This document shows, piece after piece, positions 27,249 to 37,784 of a stretch of 64,000 nt of DNA. Both the position numbers and the translations under genes were made by a program. Every line of letters starts with the position of its first letter. The first letter of the stretch is position 1. The notes below the pieces were generated by a model. It ran no database searches. It saw only the letters and a list, made by a program, of their open reading frames with translations, and was not told where the DNA came from. Source of the DNA: Patescibacteria group bacterium (GTDB lineage Bacteria > Patescibacteriota > Patescibacteriia > JBAZBY01). The stretch lies in NCBI GenBank assembly GCA_041671225.1, contig JBAZBY010000001.1, positions 302,940 to 366,939 of the forward strand, in the 5' to 3' direction.

Positions 27249-28451
27249 ATGACACACATTCATCACAACACATCACTTCCGGACACTGAGGGAAACTTTG
27301 GACTCTACGGCGGACAACACGTTCCGCCACCGCTCATTCCGGTACTGCAGGACGTTGCAACGGCATATAAGGAGGCACAGAACGATCCTGCGTTCAGACA
27401 GGAGTATGAACTGCTTCTGCGTGATTATGTCGGCAGGCCGTCCCCGTTGTACTTTGCACGCCGGCTCACCGAACATCTTGGAGGCGCGCGGATCTATCTG
27501 AAGCGCGAAGACCTGAACCATACCGGCGCACATAAAATAAACCACACGCTTGGCGAAGCGCTTCTTGCAAAGCGCATGGGCAAGAAGAAACTTCTCGCGG
27601 AAACCGGTGCCGGGCAGCACGGCGTTGCGCTTGCAACTGCAGCCGCACTTGTGGGGCTTGAATGTGAGATTCACATGGGTGAAATTGACGTCGCGAAGCA
27701 GAAGCCGAATGTCGTACGCATGCAACTCCTTGGTGCAAAGGTCGTGACGGTTACCGCGGGAGGCCGCAGCCTTAAAGAGGCGGTGGATAGTGCCTTTGCA
27801 ACCTACGTGCAAGAGGCAGACACGACATTCTTCGGCATCGGCTCGGTGGTTGGACCGCACCCATACCCTATGATGGTTCGCGACTTTCAGGCCGTGGTGG
27901 GCCGTGAAGCGCGCACGCAGATTCTTGCGCAGGAGGGCAAGCTTCCGGACTGCCTTATTGCCTGCGTCGGTGGTGGATCAAACGCCATCGGTTTGTTCAC
28001 GGCATTTTTGGACGACGACGTAAAAATTGTGGGCGTTGAACCGAGCGGCAAAAGCTTCAAACCGGGCGAGCACGCTGCAACGCTCACGCTCGGGAAGCCT
28101 GGCGTCATTCATGGCATGTTCACGTATCTGTTGCAGGACAGCGCAGGGAACCCGTCACCGGTGCACTCCATCGCGTCCGGGCTTGATTACCCGGGCGTCG
28201 GTCCGCAGCATGCATACCTGAAGGATGCACAACGTGTTGAATATGTGACAGCGAGCGACACAGAGGCGCTTTCCGCATTCCAGACGCTCGCAACACTGGA
28301 AGGTATCCTTCCTGCGTTGGAAAGCAGCCATGCAATTGCTGAGGCGATAAAGCGTGCGCCGCATATGCCGCAGTCATCGAGCATCATCGTGAACCTGTCT
28401 GGTCGGGGTGACAAGGACATCGACTTCGTTACAGAGCGACTCGTTTCATAA
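27249..28451 (+). CDS. trpB: Tryptophan synthase beta subunit (stand-alone, no trpA nearby)
   Basis: [58 protein letters not shown]. Confidence 0.96.
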   Translation: MTHIHHNTSLPDTEGNFGLYGGQHVPPPLIPVLQDVATAYKEAQNDPAFRQEYELLLRDYVGRPSPLYFARRLTEHLGGARIYLKREDLNHTGAHKINHTLGEALLAKRMGKKKLLAETGAGQHGVALATAAALVGLECEIHMGEIDVAKQKPNVVRMQLLGAKVVTVTAGGRSLKEAVDSAFATYVQEADTTFFGIGSVVGPHPYPMMVRDFQAVVGREARTQILAQEGKLPDCLIACVGGGSNAIGLFTAFLDDDVKIVGVEPSGKSFKPGEHAATLTLGKPGVIHGMFTYLLQDSAGNPSPVHSIASGLDYPGVGPQHAYLKDAQRVEYVTASDTEALSAFQTLATLEGILPALESSHAIAEAIKRAPHMPQSSSIIVNLSGRGDKDIDFVTERLVS

Positions 28452-28554
28452 CCGGCATGCCACCGGGCGCCGCAGCTGGTGTCCGGTGGCTTTTGCCGAA
28501 CCGTTGTGTCAAGGAATTCCCCAGGGCATCGCCGCATGCTATGCTTCGCGTGTT

Positions 28555-29205
28555 ATGAAGCTTCTCGACCGCTACACACATTTTTCTTTTGATCTGGACG
28601 GGACACTAGTGCATACTATTCCGGAGTATCGTTTTTTTGTTGTCCCAAAGGTCGTGGAAGAACTTGGCGGGCGTATCATTGAAAACAGGGACGTCGATCG
28701 CTTTTGGTTTGAAAGCGGACGAGATCGCATCATCAAGCAGCGGTTTGGTATTGACCCGGAAAAGTTCTGGGATTGCTTCCACAAGCATGACAACCCAGAA
28801 GAGCGCGCGCGTCACACATTTGCATATGATGATGCCGTGCCGACACTGGATGCACTGCGTGCTGCTGGCAAAGCGGTATCGATCATCACCGGCGCACCGC
28901 ATTATGTGGCTTCATTAGAAATGGAGAAGCTCACCGATGCCCCGTATGATTATTTTTTTTCGGTGTATGATAGCGGCTTTCCTGCAAAACCTCATCCAGG
29001 AAGTATGCAGGTCGCGTTACAAAAAATAGGGAAAACGCAGGAGGAAACCGTCTATATTGGTAATAGCAATGAGGATGTGTATTATGCGCAGAATGCCGAA
29101 GTGGGGTTTATCTTTCTTGAGCGCAAAGAGCATGAAGTTGCCTTTACCGGAAATCTCGTTGCACATATTCATTCTTTGAATGCTCTCCTGACAGAGAATA
29201 TATAG
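28555..29205 (+). CDS. HAD-superfamily hydrolase (phosphoglycolate-phosphatase-like)
   Basis: FDLDGTL, KPHP, YIGNSNEDVYYAQNA. Confidence 0.88.
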   Translation: MKLLDRYTHFSFDLDGTLVHTIPEYRFFVVPKVVEELGGRIIENRDVDRFWFESGRDRIIKQRFGIDPEKFWDCFHKHDNPEERARHTFAYDDAVPTLDALRAAGKAVSIITGAPHYVASLEMEKLTDAPYDYFFSVYDSGFPAKPHPGSMQVALQKIGKTQEETVYIGNSNEDVYYAQNAEVGFIFLERKEHEVAFTGNLVAHIHSLNALLTENI

Positions 29206-29269
29206 CCAGTCTTAGCGACGCTCTTATTCGCGTACGGGTTAATATTATGGTATAGTGTGCATGAGGAAT

Positions 29270-29743
29270 ATGGCAAAAACGAAGGAAAAGAATACAGAAG
29301 TCGAAGAGGAGCATTTGGATCCGGTCTTTAATCCTGCAACCGGAGCTGTTGAATTGGTGGAAAAGGCAGCTGATCAAGACACGCAGGATGAGTGGCTTGA
29401 TGAAAGCTATGAAGGACAGCTCGCTGTTGATGTGTATCAAGCTGGAGAGGAAATCGTGATCAAATCCACCATTGCGGGCGTCCGGGCGCAGGATATCGAT
29501 GTGGACGTGAATAATGACATGGTCACTATTAAGGGTATTCGGCACGAAGAAACGGAACAAGACAGCGAGTACTTTTATCGGGAGTGTTATTGGGGAGGTT
29601 TTTCACGCTCCATCATTCTCCCCGTGGATGTGCGTCAGGATAATGTGAAGGCAACGCTCAAGAGCGGCGTACTGACCGTTCGATTGATGGTTTCAAAACC
29701 GCAACAGGTGAATGTTGAAGAAATAGAAGACGAAGATAAGTAG
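29270..29743 (+). CDS. Hsp20/alpha-crystallin small heat-shock protein
   Basis: LAVDVYQ, ECYWGGFSRSIILP, ATLKSGVLTV. Confidence 0.92.
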   Translation: MAKTKEKNTEVEEEHLDPVFNPATGAVELVEKAADQDTQDEWLDESYEGQLAVDVYQAGEEIVIKSTIAGVRAQDIDVDVNNDMVTIKGIRHEETEQDSEYFYRECYWGGFSRSIILPVDVRQDNVKATLKSGVLTVRLMVSKPQQVNVEEIEDEDK

Positions 29744-29754
29744 CATTCTATCGT

Positions 29755-31692
29755 ATGCCGGAGAAAACGGCGCAAAAGCCCGGCAGAGCCGGGTCCGGCT
29801 CTGCCGGAAAGACTACCCAGGGGAAACAGGGCCGATTTAGTAAAAACGAGCCTCGCCCAGAGGCGGGCCGCTTTCTGCAACTTGCAGTGTCGGGCTATGC
29901 CAAGGTGCTTGGTTTAGGAGTGCTCTTGCTTATTGCAGGCGTCCTTGCTGGCATTGCAACGCTTACGCATGTGTATGCGCAGCGGGTGTACCCGGGCGTG
30001 GTGCTGGGCGCTATGGATACGGCTGGTAAAACAGCAGATGAGCTACACACAGAGCTCACAAAATATTCTGATGCGCTCGCAACGCGTGGCGTGACGTTTA
30101 TGTATGGCGACAATACCGTTGCGCTTTCTCCAGTGGTACTTCCAGAAGGTGGTACGGATTTTGCATATGAAATGTTTGGAATTGACGTTGATGCATCGGT
30201 CGCAGAGGCGCTGGCGGTTGGGCGTACTGGTTCAGTGCTTGGGCAACGGATCGCGCTTGCCGACGCCGTGCTGACAAAAGAAGAGCTTCCTTTACACTAT
30301 TCCTTTGACCGCGAGTCGCTGATGAATATTTTGAGACAGGAATTCAGTGACGTATTGGTGCCAGCACAGGATGCTGAGTTTCGCTTGGATGACGAAGGCA
30401 CTCTTTTTGTATTGCCAAATGTTGATGGCATAACCCTGAGTTTTGATACTGCGCTTGCAACATTGGAGGCAGCCCTTGCCGACGGGCGAGTCCCAGAGCC
30501 GTTCATACTCACGCAAGAGATTGCACGAGCAACCGCGAAGGAGCAAGATTTGCTTGGCGCAGTTGCCGCTGTGCAGGAAGTGTTGGATCAAGGCACCATT
30601 GTTCTTACTGGTCCAGATGAAAAACGATGGGAATATGCGCCAGCACAGTATGCGCCGTTTATGAGCGTGGGGACGCAGGGTGAGCTGATACTGAATCGTC
30701 GTACCGCAAAAACAGCGCTTGATGTGATCGGCAATGAGGTGGTTATTGAGCCGAAGAACGGCAAGTTCGAGCGGCAGGGCGATAAGGTTATTGAGTTTCA
30801 GGTAGCAGATAACGGCCGCAAGTTAAATATGGACGCGACGCAGGATGTGCTTGCGACGCTTCTTCTTACCAAGCAGAAGGAAGGGGCGATCGTTTTGGAA
30901 ACGCTTGAGCCGGAGGTGACCTCTGAGGAAATCACCACACTCGGCCTCGCGGATCTTATTGGCGTTGGGCATTCCAACTTTGCCGGTTCACCAACAAACC
31001 GGCGCCACAATATTGCCGTGGGTGCCGCAGCAGTCCATGGCTCGCTCATTGCACCAGGAGAAGAGTTCTCCTTAGTCAAGACGCTCGGTCGTATTGATGG
31101 TACCACTGGTTATCGGCAGGAACTGGTCATTAAGGGTAACAAAACCATTCCTGAATATGGCGGGGGCTTATGCCAGATCGGCACCACCACATTCCGTGGC
31201 GCGCTTGCATCAGGCCTACCCATTACCGCGAGGACGAATCATTCATACGCAGTGAGTTATTATAATGACGAGAATGGTCTTCCTGGAACAGATGCAACGA
31301 TCTACGACCCCGCGCCTGACTTCCGCTTCATGAATGACACCGGACACTACGTACTCATTCAAACACGCATCGATGGGAATAACCTCTATTTTGAATATTG
31401 GGGTACGGACGATGGCCGCGTTGTGCAGCAGACAAAACCAGTTGTCTTTGGACGCGTGGCGCCGCCGCCAACAAAATATATTGAAACAACTGACCTCGCG
31501 CCCGGCCAGGAGAAGTGCACCGAGAGCGCGCATGCTGGCATCAACGCGCAGTTCACCTATACCGTGACCTATCCAGACGGCGAAGTGAAGGAAGAAGTTT
31601 TTACGAGCCATTACCGGCCGTGGCAGGCGGTGTGTCTTCGCGGTGTTGCACCAGAAGATAAAATAGAGACACCGGAAGAAAGTACGCCATAA
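29755..31692 (+). CDS. VanW-family protein with peptidoglycan-binding repeats and G5-like C-terminus
   Basis: TM anchor; RRHNI, IAPGEEFS, YGGGLCQIGTT, RTNHSY, DATIY. Confidence 0.9.
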   Translation: MPEKTAQKPGRAGSGSAGKTTQGKQGRFSKNEPRPEAGRFLQLAVSGYAKVLGLGVLLLIAGVLAGIATLTHVYAQRVYPGVVLGAMDTAGKTADELHTELTKYSDALATRGVTFMYGDNTVALSPVVLPEGGTDFAYEMFGIDVDASVAEALAVGRTGSVLGQRIALADAVLTKEELPLHYSFDRESLMNILRQEFSDVLVPAQDAEFRLDDEGTLFVLPNVDGITLSFDTALATLEAALADGRVPEPFILTQEIARATAKEQDLLGAVAAVQEVLDQGTIVLTGPDEKRWEYAPAQYAPFMSVGTQGELILNRRTAKTALDVIGNEVVIEPKNGKFERQGDKVIEFQVADNGRKLNMDATQDVLATLLLTKQKEGAIVLETLEPEVTSEEITTLGLADLIGVGHSNFAGSPTNRRHNIAVGAAAVHGSLIAPGEEFSLVKTLGRIDGTTGYRQELVIKGNKTIPEYGGGLCQIGTTTFRGALASGLPITARTNHSYAVSYYNDENGLPGTDATIYDPAPDFRFMNDTGHYVLIQTRIDGNNLYFEYWGTDDGRVVQQTKPVVFGRVAPPPTKYIETTDLAPGQEKCTESAHAGINAQFTYTVTYPDGEVKEEVFTSHYRPWQAVCLRGVAPEDKIETPEESTP

Positions 31693-31868
31693 CAAAACAC
31701 CCCCGCAGTGCGGGGGTGTTCTTCGTTTGCTCTATAACAATCTGCGCTCAAGAAGACGAGAGGAGGGCGATGAGAAGGAGGGGGGACCTGCTCAAACCAA
31801 ACTTTCGTCTCCATGCTTGTCGTGAGCGCAGGTTGTTATAGATCACCTGTTCCTTTTCCAGGCGGAAC
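31693..31868 (-). ncRNA. Candidate small RNA 1 (unknown family)
   Basis: TTGACA(31897-31902)-17-TAGTGT(31874-31879) promoter; 19/20-bp inverted repeat 31731-31750 / 31823-31842; ends in a terminator at 31694-31722. Confidence 0.55.
31694..31722. terminator. Bidirectional intrinsic terminator
   Basis: AACACCCCCGCA-G-TGCGGGGGTGTT perfect hairpin flanked by A- and T-rich tails. Confidence 0.8.
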
Positions 31869-31961
31869 CAAGCACACTATCACAGGAATGGTCACTTGTC
31901 AAGGCTAGTGCCGCAGTGTAGCATAAAAAGGCCGTAAATATTAGAAAAATCAGCAAATCCT

Positions 31962-33473
31962 ATGCAGATAACCGTCGCAAAGCGACCGGGGACAGTAGGC
32001 CTCGCCTTGAGTCTTTTTCTCAATGAAAAGCCCGCAACGCACCCATTGTGGAAGAATCTTTCTCCTGCAGCGCGCAAATGTATTGCGGACGTTATAAAAA
32101 AGAAAGGCTTTTCTGGCGCATTTGGTGAGATAAAAATAGTGGAGGCAGGAAGTGGAAAAATACAACAGGTGTTGCTCCTTGGGCTTGGGAAGAAAAGTGC
32201 GTACCACCATCGCCGCATGGCGCGTGGCATGCAGCTTCTCATCAAAACAGCGCGTGATCAAAAAATACATGAACTTTCTTTTGCGCCAACGCCGATGCAG
32301 ATTGGTGACTGGGAAGTGGAACGAAACACAGAAGCGCTTGGCGTTGCCGTCTACATGGCAAACTATGCCTTTGATCTCCATAAGAAGGCGCCGGCTGGCG
32401 GCCATCATAGAGTAAAAAAAGTGGAGTTTGTCGTTGAGGCAGAACAGAGCGCAGAAGTTCGGCGCGGCCTTGCAAGCGCAAAGGTGATTGGAGAAGCAAT
32501 GAACGAAGAGCGCGATCTCGCCAACACGCCGGGCGGCACCATGACGCCAAAACTTCTTGTTGCCGCGGCAAAGAACATGCTCGCTGGGTTGCCAGTGAAG
32601 ATGACCGTTCTTGGTGAAAAGGATATGGAGAAGAAGGGCATGGGAGCTGTGTTGAGCGTGGGCAAGGGCTCCCGCGAGGAATCCCAGTTTCTTATTATGG
32701 AATACCTGCCGCTTAAAAATGAGCGGCCACTTGTGTTTGCTGGCAAGGGCGTGACCTTTGATTCCGGTGGACTCAACCTCAAACCAGAGCAGGGTATCAC
32801 GGATATGCATCATGACATGGCTGGAGCAGGAGCAGTGATTGCGGCAATCAAGTCAATTGCGGCACTGAAGGTGCAACGTAATGTTGTTGGGCTGTGTCCA
32901 ATGGTTGAAAACATGCCAGGCGGATCAGGGTATCGGCCGGGGGACATCATCACATCGCTTTCTGGCAAGACAATTGAAATCGCAAACACCGATGCTGAAG
33001 GCCGTGTGATCCTTGCGGATGCGCTCACATTCGCAAAAGAATATAACCCCCTTTTTGTGGTTGATGTTGCAACGCTGACAGGTGCGGTGATTGTGGCCCT
33101 CGGAAAACGACTTATTGCCGGGCTTTCACCAAACGAAGGATTAGCATTGAACATTCGTACCTTCTCAGAGCCTTCTGGTGATTATGTGTGGCCTCTGCCT
33201 CTTTGGGAGGAATTTGAAGATGATATTAAGGGAACATTTGCTGACGTCAGCAATATGGGCAAGGTTCGCGGTGCAGGCGGCGTGATCACGGCGGCAATGT
33301 TTCTCAAGCAATTCGCGGAAGGCTATGAATGGCTTCACCTTGATATTGCGTCAACAATGGTCGCCACAGAGGGTCAACACTTAAGTCCCGGCGCAACCGG
33401 CACTGGTGTGCGATTTCTCGTTGATATTGCGCGTCGTTTTGAAGAATTAGCACCATATTTGAAGAAAGCATGA
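31962..33473 (+). CDS. pepA: Leucyl aminopeptidase (M17)
   Basis: [32 protein letters not shown]. Confidence 0.95.
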   Translation: MQITVAKRPGTVGLALSLFLNEKPATHPLWKNLSPAARKCIADVIKKKGFSGAFGEIKIVEAGSGKIQQVLLLGLGKKSAYHHRRMARGMQLLIKTARDQKIHELSFAPTPMQIGDWEVERNTEALGVAVYMANYAFDLHKKAPAGGHHRVKKVEFVVEAEQSAEVRRGLASAKVIGEAMNEERDLANTPGGTMTPKLLVAAAKNMLAGLPVKMTVLGEKDMEKKGMGAVLSVGKGSREESQFLIMEYLPLKNERPLVFAGKGVTFDSGGLNLKPEQGITDMHHDMAGAGAVIAAIKSIAALKVQRNVVGLCPMVENMPGGSGYRPGDIITSLSGKTIEIANTDAEGRVILADALTFAKEYNPLFVVDVATLTGAVIVALGKRLIAGLSPNEGLALNIRTFSEPSGDYVWPLPLWEEFEDDIKGTFADVSNMGKVRGAGGVITAAMFLKQFAEGYEWLHLDIASTMVATEGQHLSPGATGTGVRFLVDIARRFEELAPYLKKA

Positions 33474-34495
33474 AGAAGGATCCGGACGTTCTTGGGAGCA
33501 CCGATAAAGAGGAAGAAGAACTTCTTACCGTGAAGCTGCGCCCGCAGCGCATGGATGAATACGTTGGACAAGAGGGTATTAAAGAGAATCTCCGAATTTT
33601 TGTTGAAGCAGCAAAACAGCGCAATGAACCTTTGGATCATGTTTTACTCCATGGCGCTCCCGGGCTTGGCAAAACGACACTCGCGCACATTATTGCTGGT
33701 GAGCGAGGTTCTGCGCTCCGCATCACGAGCGGCCCTGCGCTGGAGCGTGCTGGTGATCTTGCCGCGATTCTCAGCAACCTTGAAGAAGGCGACGTACTGT
33801 TTATTGATGAGATTCACCGTCTTTCCAAGACCGTTGAAGAAGTATTGTATCCGGCAATGGAGGAGTATCAAATTGATATGGTCGTGGGCAAAGGCCCAAG
33901 TGCGCGCACCATACGGATGGATTTGCCGAAGTTCACCATTATTGGTGCGACAACACGCGTACATCTCCTTTCCTCGCCGCTTCGCGACCGCTTTGGGACC
34001 ACTTTCCGCCTGGACTATTATTCTGACGAGGAGATTGCAAAGATCATCTCACGTTCAGCAAGCATCCTTGGAATCAAAGTGTTTGAGAATGCAGAAGCGT
34101 CCATTGCCCGGCGGTCTCGCCGCACTCCGCGCGTTGCGAACAGACTCTTAAAGCGCGTACGCGACTTTGCAGAGGTGGAGGGTGAAGGTACCATTACCCC
34201 GGGCATTACTGAGATCGCGTTGAACAATCTCCGCATTGATTCCCTTGGACTTGAGCACGCAGACCGCGAGATTCTCCTCACGATCATAGAAAAATTTCGT
34301 GGCGGTCCCGTGGGCCTTTCGACGCTTGCGGCTTCAACTGCGGAGGATCTGGATACCATATCAGATATTTATGAACCATTTTTGATGCAGGTTGGCTTGC
34401 TCCAACGCACTCCACGCGGTCGCATCGCAACGCCCGCAGCGTACAAGCATTTGGAAATTCCATTGCCAGCGGATTACACATTATTTTCAACATGA
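33470..34495 (+). CDS. ruvB: Holliday junction branch migration helicase RuvB
   Basis: [40 protein letters not shown]. Confidence 0.98.
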   Translation: MKKDPDVLGSTDKEEEELLTVKLRPQRMDEYVGQEGIKENLRIFVEAAKQRNEPLDHVLLHGAPGLGKTTLAHIIAGERGSALRITSGPALERAGDLAAILSNLEEGDVLFIDEIHRLSKTVEEVLYPAMEEYQIDMVVGKGPSARTIRMDLPKFTIIGATTRVHLLSSPLRDRFGTTFRLDYYSDEEIAKIISRSASILGIKVFENAEASIARRSRRTPRVANRLLKRVRDFAEVEGEGTITPGITEIALNNLRIDSLGLEHADREILLTIIEKFRGGPVGLSTLAASTAEDLDTISDIYEPFLMQVGLLQRTPRGRIATPAAYKHLEIPLPADYTLFST

Positions 34496-34749
34496 TCATC
34501 CCTCTCTTTATACCTATTGTCCTTACTTTTCTTTTTGCGGCTGCCATAGCTGTGATTTCGGGATTTCAGATGTATCATGTGTATTCTTTTGGAGTGTGGG
34601 ATAAGACCAACATCGGCGTCGCCGCCATTTTTCTTATTTTCAGTGTTACCCTCATCGCTGTGATGATTATGTTGATTGTGGCAACAGATTGGTCACAGCC
34701 CATCACGCAAATGACTTTGCCATTTTTTTCACAGTCCAATGCTCAATAA
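34492..34749 (+). CDS. Small hypothetical membrane protein (2 TM)
   Basis: ATGA overlap with ruvB; two hydrophobic helices. Confidence 0.7.
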   Translation: MIIPLFIPIVLTFLFAAAIAVISGFQMYHVYSFGVWDKTNIGVAAIFLIFSVTLIAVMIMLIVATDWSQPITQMTLPFFSQSNAQ

Positions 34750-35365
34750 GATCCTTCCAAGGCCATTTACAGACGAAAAGCCGGTTCTCCTTCTCCGACG
34801 CCATTGGTTCGTGCTGACACAGCATATTGCACAAGCAATACTCCTATTGCTCGTACCGTTTCTCGTGCTCGCACTTCTCAATATTCTTGACGTACATCTA
34901 GCTATTGAGTTGGGCGATCCGTTGTTTGCGATTATTGTTATGTTCATCATCATTTATTCTGGTATCATTCTTCTTTTTCTCTTCACGTCATGGCTGGATT
35001 ATTCGCTTGATATTTGGCTTGTAACAAATTATCGCATTGTCAGTGTGGAGCAAATGGGGCTTTTTAATCGCACTATCTCTGAGTATCGCCTGGATCGCAT
35101 GCAAGATATCACAAGCGAGGTGAAAGGCTTCATAAAAACAATGGTGCAATTCGGGGATGTGAGAATCCAAACCGCCAGCGAACAACAGCAATTTATCTTG
35201 AAGGATATTCCGGATCCAAATGCGGTGACGCGGCGAATCATCGAATTGCAAAATGACGCGCTTTTACGTTCGATGCATGATACGCAGGATGGTCTTTCAG
35301 GTGGGCAGCGCATACGGCCAATTCCCAAGCAAACGGATACGCAAAATCCCGCTCAGAAAAATTAA
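34739..35365 (+). CDS. Membrane protein with bacterial PH (bPH_2-like) domain
   Basis: LRRHW, 2 TM, VTNYRIV, FGDVRIQTA, IPDP. Confidence 0.85.
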   Translation: MLNKILPRPFTDEKPVLLLRRHWFVLTQHIAQAILLLLVPFLVLALLNILDVHLAIELGDPLFAIIVMFIIIYSGIILLFLFTSWLDYSLDIWLVTNYRIVSVEQMGLFNRTISEYRLDRMQDITSEVKGFIKTMVQFGDVRIQTASEQQQFILKDIPDPNAVTRRIIELQNDALLRSMHDTQDGLSGGQRIRPIPKQTDTQNPAQKN

Positions 35366-35404
35366 GGAGAGCGGAATTCTGCGCGAAAGAGCGCGGTTAA
35401 TTAT

Positions 35405-35569
35405 TAGCGTTCATCACAAAAACCTCATTTCGGCTCCGAGTCGCGGTTTTTGGCTGCGGCTTGCGGCTCCGACTCGACGGAGCATTTACTCCGACTCGTC
35501 GTCCGCCGCTTCGCCTCGCCAGGAAAACCACGTCTCTCGCCAAGAAAGCAGGTTTTGTAATGAACGCTA
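35405..35569. mobile_element. 165-bp MITE/ERIC-like palindromic element
   Basis: Terminal inverted repeats TAGCGTTCATCACAAAAACCT / AGGTTTTGTAATGAACGCTA with TA ends and a GC-rich, internally self-complementary core. Confidence 0.65.
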
Positions 35570-37582
35570 GTAGAGCTTCATGAGCTCCGTATCTTTGTAA
35601 TAGTAAGAAAGAATTTTTTCTGCGCTCCAGCCTTCCTCGTATGCAAAATGCAGCGCACCGAGGGCAGACATGCCAACGCCGTGACCAAAGAGCGGTTTGT
35701 CAGTGCAGTATGGGTCAGGGACGCTTTGCAGCCATGGGTACGGGCCGCCGTACCATACTTCTTCCCACGCACGCGTGCGGCCATCAGAATGAGAGAAGTA
35801 TGGCGTGATGACGGGCACGCCTTCATAGGAAACAACGAGTCCGCGTGTTGCTTGTACAGACTTTGCGATATCACCTGCGCGGAGTTCCCATTCGTAACCA
35901 CGATATACCTGGTCATACGTTGTGTGGACATGAAAACCACGACCGCCATGCTTTGTGCTCTCGAGAGTGCTATTGAGAAATTGCACGCCACGGTTGTAAT
36001 GGTAATAAGCATAACTTCGGGAGGCGATCGCAAGCGATTTAAGGTACTCCATGGGATTTCCGTTTGAGGTCTCTGCAATACCCGCAAGGTAGTGTTCCAT
36101 TGGGAGTTCATTAATGACCCAATACTTGCTATCCTTTGTGCTCCAACGTACTTCTATGACGCCGCGAAAGGTATTGTCATTAAGCGCAGTGTTCCAGCCC
36201 GGCCGGTTTTCATAACTCAAAACAGATATCACGCCATTATTCGTTGCCACCATGCGCACCGTCTCTTTTGTTGTTGTTGTTTTTTTATCAATACTAACAG
36301 TGAGTTCTTGACCACGAGGTTCGAGAGTTATTTTTGCATCTGCAGCGGCTTGCATGAATTTTTTCTTTCCAATATATACATCAGTTGCCGAGGATCCCGC
36401 AACAACAATAGGATCAAGAGTACTGGTAAGGCCGACGCGGATCTTTGGGTCACCTATTGCCTCGATGTCGATCTTTGGGTCACCCACCTGGAAGGAGTAT
36501 GTTGCGTTGCCTCCCTCGATCCATGCGTAGTCTTCTGCAACAAGACCAAAAGACTCCGTGTAGAGGCCTTCTGTTTCTGGCGCGAGCACGGCAAAGCGGA
36601 ACGTACCCGTTTCTCCTGGTGCGACGCTTGGTTCCATAAGGCGCGTCGGGCGGTATGAATGTTCATTCCAGAACTCATGCCGAAACGCCGAGTTACGGCC
36701 AGCAGGGTCAGTGACATTCATGGCAACAAACCGATTTCCGTTTCGTGTCCAGGTCTTTGTGCCGGTATTTTGGAATTGAAGTTCCAGCGTCATTGCCTTG
36801 CCCGGATCAATCTGTACAACCCTGGTCGTACTTGAAAGCTTTTTCGCTTTGTATGGATTATTGACCACCATGGTGAATGTTACTTCACCACCAGATATCC
36901 ATTCCAAATTCTCTGCGACCAACGCAAAGGATTCTGTATATCGGCCCGGTGCGTCTGGCGCGAGCACGGCAAAGCGGAACGTACCCGTTTCTCCTGGTGC
37001 TACGCTTGGTTCCATAAGGCGTGTTGGACGATAAGCGTATTCACGCCAAAATGAGTGGCGGAATTGTGAAGTACGCCCAGCAGGTTCGGCGACATTCAAG
37101 GCAACAAAATGTTCACCGGCATTCTGCCAGGTTGCGGTTCCGGTATTTTTGAATTTCACCTCAAGAGTGAATGCGCGTCCAGGTTCAAGTCGAACAACTT
37201 CTGCTGTTTGGCTCTTTAATGATGCTGCATACGTGGATGTCTTTGCAGAAGCGAGCCATGCATCGACAATTGGCTGCTCCTCGCTTGTCAGCTGAATGGA
37301 GCGACTATGATTTGGGGGCAGCAGGATATCGCTGGATTCTTCACTATCCCGTGCAGGAGCAACAACAGGTACTTCCTGTGCCTGTACCTTGTTTTCTTGG
37401 TAGTGTATTTCTACACGCTGCATGGCAAAAGCAGTTACGGCAACAATGACCACGGCAAAACCGAGTACACAGAATGTACTGATGATATTATGAGAGAGAC
37501 CCTCGGTCGTAGACCTACGGGTGAGACCTGTTTTGGTAGCTTTTTGGGGCGTAGGATGCCCTAAGGCAAGAGCAAGTTTCAT
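35567..37582 (-). CDS. SpoIID/LytB-domain cell-wall hydrolase with two NBR1-like Ig repeats
   Basis: TM anchor; two repeats of 'F.NTGT.TW...VAPGETGTF.F...AP...G.YTESF.LVAE'; INELPMEHYLAGIAE, LAIASRSYA, GHGVGMS, ILSYYY. Confidence 0.88.
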   Translation of the reverse strand: MKLALALGHPTPQKATKTGLTRRSTTEGLSHNIISTFCVLGFAVVIVAVTAFAMQRVEIHYQENKVQAQEVPVVAPARDSEESSDILLPPNHSRSIQLTSEEQPIVDAWLASAKTSTYAASLKSQTAEVVRLEPGRAFTLEVKFKNTGTATWQNAGEHFVALNVAEPAGRTSQFRHSFWREYAYRPTRLMEPSVAPGETGTFRFAVLAPDAPGRYTESFALVAENLEWISGGEVTFTMVVNNPYKAKKLSSTTRVVQIDPGKAMTLELQFQNTGTKTWTRNGNRFVAMNVTDPAGRNSAFRHEFWNEHSYRPTRLMEPSVAPGETGTFRFAVLAPETEGLYTESFGLVAEDYAWIEGGNATYSFQVGDPKIDIEAIGDPKIRVGLTSTLDPIVVAGSSATDVYIGKKKFMQAAADAKITLEPRGQELTVSIDKKTTTTKETVRMVATNNGVISVLSYENRPGWNTALNDNTFRGVIEVRWSTKDSKYWVINELPMEHYLAGIAETSNGNPMEYLKSLAIASRSYAYYHYNRGVQFLNSTLESTKHGGRGFHVHTTYDQVYRGYEWELRAGDIAKSVQATRGLVVSYEGVPVITPYFSHSDGRTRAWEEVWYGGPYPWLQSVPDPYCTDKPLFGHGVGMSALGALHFAYEEGWSAEKILSYYYKDTELMKLY

Positions 37583-37784
37583 AAGCAACGTCAAGAAACA
37601 AAGAGAGAGAACCCAGATACAAAATGCCCCCCGCTAGGCCAGTGGCCTACGGAGGCAAAATTGTCGATTCTCTCAGACACGCTGGTTCGCGTATCTAGGT
37701 ATCATGATAGCATATGAAACGGCTTCATGTCAATGGAGAACGTTGCGAGGGTGGAACTGCGATGCTACTATGGAGAGCGCTTTT

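Noticed and set aside
31770-31841. Type I toxin peptide on the plus strand (MRRRGDLLKPNFRLHACRERRLL) after AGGAGG
   Set aside because: Not hydrophobic, SD spacing is too short, and it lies downstream of a terminator with no visible plus-strand promoter.
36576-37021. DGR template/variable repeat pair
   Set aside because: Both copies are in-frame domain repeats of one gene, differ by a single synonymous base, and no RT is nearby.
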